A DNA stretch of 28,118 nt from Acidimicrobiia bacterium (GTDB lineage Bacteria > Actinomycetota > Acidimicrobiia > IMCC26256 > JAENVU01): positions 1 to 28,118 of the forward strand of contig JBBQXR010000001.1 of assembly GCA_038209455.1 (NCBI GenBank), read 5' to 3'. The notes beneath the pieces were generated by a model that was not told the origin of the DNA, searched no databases, and worked only from the letters and a program-made list of their open reading frames with translations. Numbering within the stretch: the stretch's first letter is position 1; the number at the start of each line of letters is the position of its first letter. The position numbers and the translations under genes were made by a program. Positions 1-7,528 of the stretch are shown one piece after another.

Positions 1-54
1 TAGGCGGTAGCCTCGCCGAATCGGCGGGCCGCACCGTGCGCGATTCGAGGGAGC

Positions 55-711
55 ATGGTCAGAGAATCGCACAACTCGACGGCGCCCACGCGCGACGCCC
101 GGACCGGCGGGAGCCCGGCCCGCGAGCGCGCGCTGCGGGCCCAGGGCCGCAAGACGATGCAGCGGCTGTCGGACGCCGGGCTGCGGGTGTTCGCGCGCCG
201 GGGATACCACGAAGCGCGGGTCGACGACATCGTGCGCGCCGCCCGCACTTCCCACGGGACCTTCTATCTGTACTTCGCCAACAAGGAAGACCTGCTACGC
301 CAACTCGCGGCCGAATGCGCGGCCGCACTCGAGTCTCTCGCCACGACGGTGCCCGCGGTCAGTGCGGGCCCGGAGGGTGAAGCGGCGCTCGGGACGTTCC
401 TGGAGACGTTCTTTGACACCTACGCGCACTACGGCGTGGTGATTCGGGCCTGGATGGAGAACCAGGTCAGCGACGGCAAGCTCGACCAACTCGGGGTCGA
501 CGCGTTCACGCATATCGCGCAGGCGTTCGGTGTGCAGCTACGAGCCGCAGGGGCTCCGAACGACGAAGCTACGGTGACCGCGCTGATGGCCATGCTCGAA
601 CGCACCAGCTACGCGATGTCCTCGAGAGATCTCGGGTTCGACCGCGCGGTCGCGCTCGATACGCTCACCAAGGTCATCCATCGCGGGTTCTTCACACCTC
701 GCGCCCCATGA
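55..711 (+). CDS. TetR/AcrR family transcriptional regulator (218 aa)
   Basis: HTH signature RVDDIVRAARTSHGTFYLYFANKEDL; GAGGGAG RBS before the ATG at 55. Confidence 0.93.
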   Translation: MVRESHNSTAPTRDARTGGSPARERALRAQGRKTMQRLSDAGLRVFARRGYHEARVDDIVRAARTSHGTFYLYFANKEDLLRQLAAECAAALESLATTVPAVSAGPEGEAALGTFLETFFDTYAHYGVVIRAWMENQVSDGKLDQLGVDAFTHIAQAFGVQLRAAGAPNDEATVTALMAMLERTSYAMSSRDLGFDRAVALDTLTKVIHRGFFTPRAP

Positions 712-1820
712 GCGAGGTCGCAGCGGCCGAGGTGACTGCGGTGTCCGGAGCCCGCGATCGCACGCTCGACGGATTGCGGGCGTTGGCGATGCTGTCCGTC
801 TTCCTGTTCCACGGCACGCTGACCGCGCCCGCGCTCGTCGATTTCGCGCCGCGGGTGATCGCGCACCTCGACACCGGTGTGCAGGTCTTCTTCGTGTTGT
901 CGGGCTTCCTGATCTACCGCCAGTTCGTGGCCGCACATCTCCAGCGCGCGCCGCTGCCGTCGCTGCGCCGCTACTCGGTGCGGCGGGCCGCCCGGATCTA
1001 CCCGGGGTACTGGCTGGCCCTCGGTGTGCTCGTGGCGCTCGGCAGCGTCACCCTCGGCGGACACCCGGTCCGGCACATCCTGCTGATCCAGACCTACTAC
1101 TCGGACACCTTGGCCGACGCGGGGCTCGCGGTGGCCTGGACGTTGACGATCGAGCTCTCGTTCTACGTCCTGGTGCCGCTGTGGTCACTCGTGATCCGTC
1201 GAGTCCGGGCGCGCCCGTTCGCGGCGGAACTCGGCGGCGTCGCGTTCCTGTTCGTGGTGGGACTCGCGGCGCGTCTGTGGTCCGGGTGGGGAACGCCACC
1301 TACGTGGGTGCTCGTGCTCCCGACGGCGTTGTGCAGCTTGAGCAGCGGGATGCTCCTTGCGGTGCTGGTGTCCGAAACCCGCGACAATCCGGGCCTCGCC
1401 CGGAGACTCGCCACACTCGCCCGGCCCGCCCACTGGTGGTGGCTCGCCGCCGGCGCCGTCTTCGCGCTCCAGTGCGCGCTGCCCTACGGAATCCTCATGG
1501 GCGTCACGCCGCTGCAACTGATGCGCGACAACCTGCTGCGGGTGCCGGTGGCCTTCCTGCTCGTCGTCCCCGGTGTGTTCGGCGATGGCGGCGTCATCAG
1601 AAAAGTGTTGCGCAGTCGGCCGTTGGTGTTCCTCGGCGTCGTGAGCTACGGCATGTACCTCTGGCACACGTCGATCATCCAGGAGTTCGACGGCGACACC
1701 GCGATCCCGAACAATCTCCAGTTCGTCGTCGCGTTCTTCGCCACGCTCGCGGTCGCCACCGCGAGTTGGTATCTGCTCGAGGGCCCGATCCTGCGCTGGG
1801 CCCACCGCCGCACGCGGTAG
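708..1820 (+). CDS. Acyltransferase family 3 (OafA/YrhL-like) membrane O-acyltransferase, no SGNH domain
   Basis: Motifs LDGLRALA, GVQVFFVLSGFLI, RRAARIYPGYW, WTLTIELSFY, SYGMYLWH; ATGA overlap with the TetR stop. Confidence 0.92.
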   Translation: MSEVAAAEVTAVSGARDRTLDGLRALAMLSVFLFHGTLTAPALVDFAPRVIAHLDTGVQVFFVLSGFLIYRQFVAAHLQRAPLPSLRRYSVRRAARIYPGYWLALGVLVALGSVTLGGHPVRHILLIQTYYSDTLADAGLAVAWTLTIELSFYVLVPLWSLVIRRVRARPFAAELGGVAFLFVVGLAARLWSGWGTPPTWVLVLPTALCSLSSGMLLAVLVSETRDNPGLARRLATLARPAHWWWLAAGAVFALQCALPYGILMGVTPLQLMRDNLLRVPVAFLLVVPGVFGDGGVIRKVLRSRPLVFLGVVSYGMYLWHTSIIQEFDGDTAIPNNLQFVVAFFATLAVATASWYLLEGPILRWAHRRTR

Positions 1821-1830
1821 CGACCGGTGG

Positions 1831-2970
1831 CTACTCGGTGCCGAGCAGGAGCGTGCCGGCCGAGGAGAACCAGCCACCGGTGCCGTTGACGCACGCCACC
1901 TTGGCGTCGGGCACCTGACGATCGCCGCCCTCACCGCGCAACTGCTTGACCGCCTCCACCATGAGGAACATGCCGCGCATGCCCGGGTGGCAGCACGACA
2001 ACCCTCCGCCGTCGGTGTTGGTGGGGAGCGCCCCGCCGACGCGGAGCTTGCCGTCCTCGACGAACGGACCGCCCTCGCCCGGTCCGCAGAACCCGAGCGC
2101 CTCGAGGGAGAGCAGCACCATCGGGGTGAACGCGTCGTAGATCTGGCACACGTCGACGTCGGCGGGCGTGAGCCCCGACCGCTCGAACGCGAGCTTGCCC
2201 GACCGTGCGGCGGGGGGGACCGTGAAGTCCTCCCACTCGCTCATCGTCGTGTGGCTCGACGTCTCGCCCGAGCCCAACACGTAGATGGGCGCCTGCTTCA
2301 GGTCGCGTGCACGCTCCTCGGACGTCAACACGATCGCGCCGCCGCCGTCCGACCGGATGCAGCAGTGGAGCGTCGTAAGCGGATCCGCGATCAGCGGCGC
2401 GTTCTGCACGTCCTCGATGGTGAGCGGGTCGCGGTAGAACGCGTCCGGGTTCAGGCCGGCGTTGTAGCGGGCCGACACCGAGATCTCGGCCAACTGCTCG
2501 ATCGTCGTTCCGTACTGGTGCATGTGCCGACGGGCCGCCATCGCGTACTTGGCGATGAGGGTGTGGCCGTACGGGGCGTCGAACTGCACCGGCCCGCGTG
2601 CACCGAACGAGAGGTTCGCGGTACGGCGCTTCGCCTTGAGGTCGGCGCGCGTGGTGGATCCGTAGACGAGGACGACGACCTCGGCATGGCCCGACTGGAT
2701 CGCCTCCACCGCGTGCTCGGCCATGACGACCCACGTGCTCCCACCGACGCCGGTGCCGTCGATCCACGTGGGGCGCAGCCCGAGGTACTCCGCCACCTCG
2801 ATCGGTGCGAGCAGTCCCATGCCGGTGGAGCCGAAGCCGTCGATGTCGGCCTTGGTGAGGCCGGCGTCGGCGATGGCGCGAGACGCGGCCTGGTAGTGCA
2901 ACTCGAACGGCGACTTGGTGTCGACCCGTCCACAGTCGGACAGGGCCGCCCCGACGATCGCGATTCTCAT
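1831..2970 (-). CDS. Thiolase-fold protein (SCP2-thiolase/lipid-transfer-protein-like)
   Basis: Motifs CCIRSDGGGAIVL, QIYDAFT, NTDGGGLSCCHPG; start moved to the ATG at 2970 (ATGA overlap with the upstream crotonase stop). Confidence 0.9.
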   Translation of the reverse strand: MRIAIVGAALSDCGRVDTKSPFELHYQAASRAIADAGLTKADIDGFGSTGMGLLAPIEVAEYLGLRPTWIDGTGVGGSTWVVMAEHAVEAIQSGHAEVVVLVYGSTTRADLKAKRRTANLSFGARGPVQFDAPYGHTLIAKYAMAARRHMHQYGTTIEQLAEISVSARYNAGLNPDAFYRDPLTIEDVQNAPLIADPLTTLHCCIRSDGGGAIVLTSEERARDLKQAPIYVLGSGETSSHTTMSEWEDFTVPPAARSGKLAFERSGLTPADVDVCQIYDAFTPMVLLSLEALGFCGPGEGGPFVEDGKLRVGGALPTNTDGGGLSCCHPGMRGMFLMVEAVKQLRGEGGDRQVPDAKVACVNGTGGWFSSAGTLLLGTE

Positions 2971-3800
2971 CGCAGTCTCCATTCGATGCGCTTGCCTGAT
3001 TCGAACACTTGCTGACCCTCCGCGATCGATTCCTGGCTCGTGCCCATTGCGACGTAGGCGTACCCGAGGCGCACGGCCTCGCGCTGGCCGTGCTCGCGCG
3101 CGCCCCAGATGGCACGCACCGTGCCCTGGATCGCCAGCGGGGGCGCGGACGCAATGGCCTCGGCGGCCCAGGTGGCGCGGTCCATCAACTCACCGGCCGG
3201 CGCGATTTCTGAGACCATGCCGATCTGGAACGCCCGCGCCGCCGACAACCGCTCGTAGTTCCCGAGGAGCGACACCCGCATGATCTCGTTGAAGGGCATC
3301 ACGCCCGACATGTGGATCGGCTCGTACGCCGCGGTCATGCCGTAGGTGACGTGCGGGTCGAAGAAGGTGGCGTGCTCGGCGGCGATGATGAACTCGACCT
3401 CGCCGAGCATGTAGAACGCGCCGCCGCAGGCCATGCCGTTGACCGCGGCGATGACCGGCTTCCAGAGATCACACGACTTCGGTCCGATGTTGTCGCCCGG
3501 GTCGTTGAACATGAAGGGCGTCGAACCCGAACCGACGACGTCGTCGTCGGTGGATGCGTCGGTGTCGCCACCCATCTGCTCCATGCGGTCGATGCCGGTG
3601 CAGAACGCCTTCTCGCCCGCGCCCGTGAGGACCACACAGCGGACGTCGTCGTGGCGCCGCAACCCGCGCCAGAGTGCCTTCAACTCGCGTTGCATCAGCG
3701 AGTTGAACGCGTTGTGGCGTTCGGGCCGGTTGAGCGTGACGTAGGCGACGCCGTTGCGCTCCTCGTAGCCCAGCGTCTCGAAGACGGCGGAGAAGGGCAT
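2967..3800 (-). CDS. Crotonase (enoyl-CoA hydratase/isomerase) superfamily protein
   Basis: Motifs TLNRPERHNAF, GAGEKAFCTGID, KPVIAAVNGMACGG. Confidence 0.92.
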   Translation of the reverse strand: MPFSAVFETLGYEERNGVAYVTLNRPERHNAFNSLMQRELKALWRGLRRHDDVRCVVLTGAGEKAFCTGIDRMEQMGGDTDASTDDDVVGSGSTPFMFNDPGDNIGPKSCDLWKPVIAAVNGMACGGAFYMLGEVEFIIAAEHATFFDPHVTYGMTAAYEPIHMSGVMPFNEIMRVSLLGNYERLSAARAFQIGMVSEIAPAGELMDRATWAAEAIASAPPLAIQGTVRAIWGAREHGQREAVRLGYAYVAMGTSQESIAEGQQVFESGKRIEWRLR

Positions 3801-3807
3801 GGTGCGG

Positions 3808-4743
3808 CTACTTGCGCCGTTGTGCGTCGATGCCCGCGTTCATCGTCTTGAAGTGGTAGCGCCCGAGGATGCGTCCGATGTCGGCCGGGTCCCACTGCGC
3901 GGGATTCCCTTCCTTGTCGGTGGCGAAGAACTCCTCGCCCATCTGCCACGGCTGGTATACGCACAGGGAGTTGCCCACCATGCGCAACACCTGACCGGTG
4001 ATGGGCTTGGATTCGTCCGACGCGAGGAACGCGACCGCGGGGGCCGAGTTGCCCGGGTTCATCGGCGTGAAACCGTCGTACTCGTCGGGCGGCTTGATCT
4101 CGATGCCGGCCATCGCAGCGCCCACCATGCGGGTCGCACCGCCGGGGCCTACACAGTTGGCGCGGACGCCATAGCGGGAGAGTTCGAGGCTCGCGATGAT
4201 CGTCATCGCGGCGTTCCCGGCCTTGGCGGCGCCGTAGTTGATCTGGCTCGCCTGGCCCTGGAGGCCGGCCGAGGAGACCGTGTTGATGATCGACGCGCTG
4301 GGCTGCCGGCCTTCCTTGGACTCGTTGCGCCAGTACGCCGACGCGTGCTGCATCGTGTTGAACGTGCCGTACATGTGAACCTTGACGACGGCGTCGAAAT
4401 CCTCGGGCGTCATCGAGAACATCATCTTGTCCCGGAGGATCCCGGCATTGTTCACGAGTACGTCGAGACGACCGAAGGTGTCGATCGCGGTCTTGACGAT
4501 GTTGCCCGCGCTCTCGTAGTCGGCGACCGAGTCGTAGTTGGCGACAGCCTCGCCACCCCGACTCTTGATCACCTCGACCACTTCATCGGCCACGCGTGCG
4601 TCCGATCCGTCTCCGCTCACCGAGCCGCCGAGGTCGTTCACGACGACCTTCGCGCCATGAGCCGCGAGCAACACCGCCTCGCCGCGTCCGACGCCGTTAC
4701 CGGCTCCGGTCACGATCGCGACCTTGCCATCGAGCATGCCCAT
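3808..4743 (-). CDS. SDR oxidoreductase, MFE-2-type 3-hydroxyacyl-CoA dehydrogenase-like (311 aa)
   Basis: TGAGNGVG, VVVNDLG, NNAGILRD, VKVHMYGTF, NYGAAK; GGAAGGA RBS 8 nt before the ATG at 4743. The 577-aa track ORF overcalls the N-terminus. Confidence 0.92.
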   Translation of the reverse strand: MGMLDGKVAIVTGAGNGVGRGEAVLLAAHGAKVVVNDLGGSVSGDGSDARVADEVVEVIKSRGGEAVANYDSVADYESAGNIVKTAIDTFGRLDVLVNNAGILRDKMMFSMTPEDFDAVVKVHMYGTFNTMQHASAYWRNESKEGRQPSASIINTVSSAGLQGQASQINYGAAKAGNAAMTIIASLELSRYGVRANCVGPGGATRMVGAAMAGIEIKPPDEYDGFTPMNPGNSAPAVAFLASDESKPITGQVLRMVGNSLCVYQPWQMGEEFFATDKEGNPAQWDPADIGRILGRYHFKTMNAGIDAQRRK

Positions 4744-4772
4744 TTGCGCGTTCCTTCCCCTGACGAGAAAAC

Positions 4773-4786
4773 TGACGTTGGCGTCA
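4773..4786. promoter_or_regulatory. Candidate operator TGACG-N4-CGTCA, immediately downstream of a minus-strand -10 (TACTGT, 4791-4786) for the SDR operon
   Basis: TGACGTTGGCGTCA read directly; it covers the expected transcription start. Confidence 0.5.
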
Positions 4787-4899
4787 CAGTAGCGAACCGA
4801 AAACGTTCCCGGCCAAGGCGGTCCGGGCAGTCGGAACGAGTGGTGGGCGCAGCGCCGAAGCGAGCATCGGTCCGGTGCCGGTGAGGCAGAGCGAGCGGG

Positions 4900-4975
4900 G
4901 CCCGAACGGCCTGCGACCGTATCGCCTGCTCTGCCGAGCAACGGCGCTTCGAGTCGACAAGAGTGGGAGTGACGT
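4900..4975 (+). repeat. Intergenic repeat copy A (composite: outer arms shared with copy B, inner hairpin shared with copy C)
   Basis: 4917-4953 matches 7397-7433 at 33/37; 4900-4917 matches revcomp 14891-14908 at 17/18; 4951-4975 matches revcomp 14866-14889 at 21/25. Confidence 0.8.
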
Positions 4976-4977
4976 TT

Positions 4978-5472
4978 ATGGACACCAGCATCATCGGCAA
5001 GCCCACCGGAGCCTGGACGGTCACTGTCGAGCGCGGGCCGGTGACGGCCTTTGCGAACGCGGTGGCCGACCCGAACCCGGTGTACCGCGACCGCCGCGCG
5101 GCGCGTGATGCGGGCTTCTCCGATCTCCCCGCACCGCCCACGTTCACGTTCGCCATGGGCTTCTGGGGCGCGTTCCTGGAGGACCAGCCCGACGATCCGA
5201 CCGGCGGCAGCAACCCGATGCACGCGGTGATGGGGGAACTGCACGGCAAGGGCGCGCTCGTGCTGCACGGGGAGCAGGAGTTCACCTACCACCGGCCGGT
5301 CCAGGTCGGCGACGTGCTGCACGGCGAAGGTCGGGTGGTGGACGTCTACGAGAAGAACACCGACGCTGCGACCATGACGTTCGTGGTGATCAGCACCGAG
5401 TGGACCGAGGCCGACACCGGCGCTCCAGTGGTCACCGAACAGTTCAACCTCATCGCGCGTTTGCGCAAATAG
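4978..5472 (+). CDS. MaoC/FAS1-like hot-dog dehydratase subunit (HadA-type)
   Basis: Motifs FANAVADPNPVY, APPTF, VLHGEQEFTYHRPVQVGD; GGGAG RBS before the ATG at 4978. Confidence 0.88.
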   Translation: MDTSIIGKPTGAWTVTVERGPVTAFANAVADPNPVYRDRRAARDAGFSDLPAPPTFTFAMGFWGAFLEDQPDDPTGGSNPMHAVMGELHGKGALVLHGEQEFTYHRPVQVGDVLHGEGRVVDVYEKNTDAATMTFVVISTEWTEADTGAPVVTEQFNLIARLRK

Positions 5473-5506
5473 TCCACCAACCGCGCGCACGCGCCGAGGA
5501 GTGACC

Positions 5507-6283
5507 ATGGGTCGTCTGCAGGACAAAGTCGCGATCATCACCGGGGCGGGTCAGGGGATCGGGTTGGCGTACGCCGAGCGGTTCCTCGCCGAGGGCGCCA
5601 AGGTCGTCGTGGCCGAGATCAACGAGGAGCGGGGCGCGTCGGCGATGGCGCGACTCGAGGGGAAGGGCGACGCGGTCTTCGTGACCACCGACATCGCGAA
5701 CGAGGCGTCGGCGGCCGCTTGTGCGGCGGCGACGATCGACGCGTTCGGTTCGCTCGACATCCTGGTGAACAACGCCGCGCTGTATTACGACATCGAGAAC
5801 GAACGCAACGACTGGGACTACCTCCAGAAGGTGTTCGAGGTCAACCTCCACGGCGCGTGGATCATGGCTCGGGCGTGTGCGCCCGCCATGGTCGAGCAGC
5901 GGTGGGGCCGGATCATCAACCAGTCCTCCGGCGCGGCGTACATGTACAACATGACGCCCATGGGCGACTTCACCGAGGTGAGCGCGTTCTCGTACAGCCA
6001 GACCAAGTGGGGCGTGGTCGGGCTCACGAAGTTCCTCGCGAGTCAGCTGGGTCAGTACAACATCACCGTGAACTGCATCGCGCCGGGGGTCACCATGACC
6101 GAGGCAACGAAGAAGATCGTGCCCGAGGAGTACATCGGGATGATCCCGATGATGTCGGCGATGAAGCAGACCCTCGAACCCGAAGACATCGCTGGTTCGG
6201 CCGTGTTCTTCGCCTCCGAAGACGCCAAGCTCGTGAGCGGTCAAGTGCTCGGCGTCGACGGCGGATCCGGCATGCCCGGCTAA
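5507..6283 (+). CDS. Classical SDR oxidoreductase
   Basis: TGAGQGIG, LVNNAA, YSQTK (YxxxK), VNCIAPG; GAGGAG RBS. Confidence 0.93.
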   Translation: MGRLQDKVAIITGAGQGIGLAYAERFLAEGAKVVVAEINEERGASAMARLEGKGDAVFVTTDIANEASAAACAAATIDAFGSLDILVNNAALYYDIENERNDWDYLQKVFEVNLHGAWIMARACAPAMVEQRWGRIINQSSGAAYMYNMTPMGDFTEVSAFSYSQTKWGVVGLTKFLASQLGQYNITVNCIAPGVTMTEATKKIVPEEYIGMIPMMSAMKQTLEPEDIAGSAVFFASEDAKLVSGQVLGVDGGSGMPG

Positions 6284-6537
6284 TGCGTGCCGGCGGCGAG
6301 CGCGAGCAGGGCGAGGAGTCCGACGATGCCGCCGAGGAGTCCGATGGGCGTCTCCCACCACGCGTCGTCTCGACGTTGTCGGCGGGGCGCGATGCCCAGG
6401 CCGAAACCGAGTTCCGCGTAGCGCTCCTCGAAGCTGCGGCGGTCGAGCGGCGTGGCGAGCGCATCACCGGTGCCGGAGTCGGTCAGATCGATCGTCGGCA
6501 GATCGAACCCGTCGCAGTACACGTCGGTCGCGGTCAT
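6280..6537 (-). CDS. Small hypothetical protein (85 aa) with an acidic N-terminus and one C-terminal hydrophobic helix
   Basis: ATG at 6537 overlaps the desaturase stop (ATGA); C-terminal IGLLGGIVGLLALLALAAG; fills the gap to the SDR stop exactly. Confidence 0.62.
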   Translation of the reverse strand: MTATDVYCDGFDLPTIDLTDSGTGDALATPLDRRSFEERYAELGFGLGIAPRRQRRDDAWWETPIGLLGGIVGLLALLALAAGTH

Positions 6538-7310
6538 GCCGCGTGCCGTTCCGGTGTGCGAGCGAACGGAGAGCGGAGTTGGCCGAGGTATCCGGTGGCC
6601 ATCGGCTCGTCGATCCCGTACCGGGTCGGCCAGCGGTCGACTGGTGCGTGGTAGGTCCCGAAGATGCGGTCGACCCACGGGAACATGCCTGCGTAGTTAC
6701 GGTTCCGGGCCTCGACGTCACCGGCGTGATGCCAGTGATGGAAGTGCGGTGAGCTGAGCGCCTGTCCGACCGGCCCGAACCGAACGCGCAGGTTCGCGTG
6801 TTGGAAGATCGCATGGAGCTGGAGCAACACGAGCGTCGCGCCGAACGTCTCGCGGCTGAAGCCGAGCAGAGCAAGGGGAACGACGGCGACGATGCGCGAT
6901 GTCGCACTGTCGAGTGGGTGGAGGTGCGCGCTCGCCAGCCAGTCCATCTGCTCACTGGAGTGGTGCACGCGATGGAGTTTCCACAGCACCGGGATCTCGT
7001 GGTGGAGGCGGTGCGCCCAGTACCCGCCGATCTCGACGATCACGAGCGCCTCCAGCAGTTGAAGGAGCGCAGGCTGGCGGGACACCGTGTCGGCCAGGGC
7101 TGCGGGAGCGAGCGCCTGGAGGGGGGCGACGACGACGATCGCGAGCGCGACCAGCGCAATGGTTCCGAGCGTGCCGGTAAAGACGAAGTGGAGGACGTCG
7201 GTGCGGACCCCGGAGCGGAACACCCGCTGCTCGCGTCGGATCGGACGGAGCCGTTCGAGCGGGATGAACAAGATCCCGAGGAACACCAACGCAATCGCAG
7301 CTCTCAGCAC
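6534..7310 (-). CDS. Sterol desaturase / fatty-acid hydroxylase superfamily membrane di-iron enzyme
   Basis: His boxes YWAHRLHH, HRVHHS, HANL, HFHHWHH; NYAG. Confidence 0.92.
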   Translation of the reverse strand: MLRAAIALVFLGILFIPLERLRPIRREQRVFRSGVRTDVLHFVFTGTLGTIALVALAIVVVAPLQALAPAALADTVSRQPALLQLLEALVIVEIGGYWAHRLHHEIPVLWKLHRVHHSSEQMDWLASAHLHPLDSATSRIVAVVPLALLGFSRETFGATLVLLQLHAIFQHANLRVRFGPVGQALSSPHFHHWHHAGDVEARNRNYAGMFPWVDRIFGTYHAPVDRWPTRYGIDEPMATGYLGQLRSPFARTPERHAA

Positions 7311-7396
7311 GTTCCCAACGCTACCTCCGAACTATGAGGTCTTCGTCAGGCAATGGTGAGGATCACTGGTGCTCAGGACAGCCACTCGAGCCGGAG

Positions 7397-7433
7397 CCGT
7401 ATCACCTGCTCTGACGAGCGACGGTGCTTCGAG
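7397..7433 (+). repeat. Intergenic repeat copy C (hairpin module shared with 4917-4953)
   Basis: ccgtatcacctgctctgacgagcgacggtgcttcgag vs ccgtatcgcctgctctgccgagcaacggcgcttcgag, 33/37 identical. Confidence 0.8.
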
Positions 7434-7528
7434 CGGAGGCGAGCAGGCACGGAGCGAGCCCCACGAAAGGCATGACTGTCAGGAGTGCGAGCGGAGGGCC
7501 CAAAGAGGCGGAGAGCCCGAGGAAGCGT

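Noticed and set aside
3703-3716. KstR-like AACGCGTT core (also near 17517)
   Set aside because: Inside coding sequence, produced by Asn-Ala-Phe codons, with poor flanks
4796-4810. GAAAACGTTC as a possible KstR box upstream of the SDR operon
   Set aside because: Mismatch in the AAC core and wrong terminal bases
4744-5541. Apparent 266-aa N-terminal extension of the SDR (577-aa track ORF)
   Set aside because: It runs antisense through the hot-dog gene; a good RBS and -10 sit just upstream of the ATG at 4743
7311-7528. Riboswitch upstream of the desaturase
   Set aside because: No known aptamer consensus recognised, and the gene appears leaderless, leaving no 5' UTR; the region is better explained by the repeat
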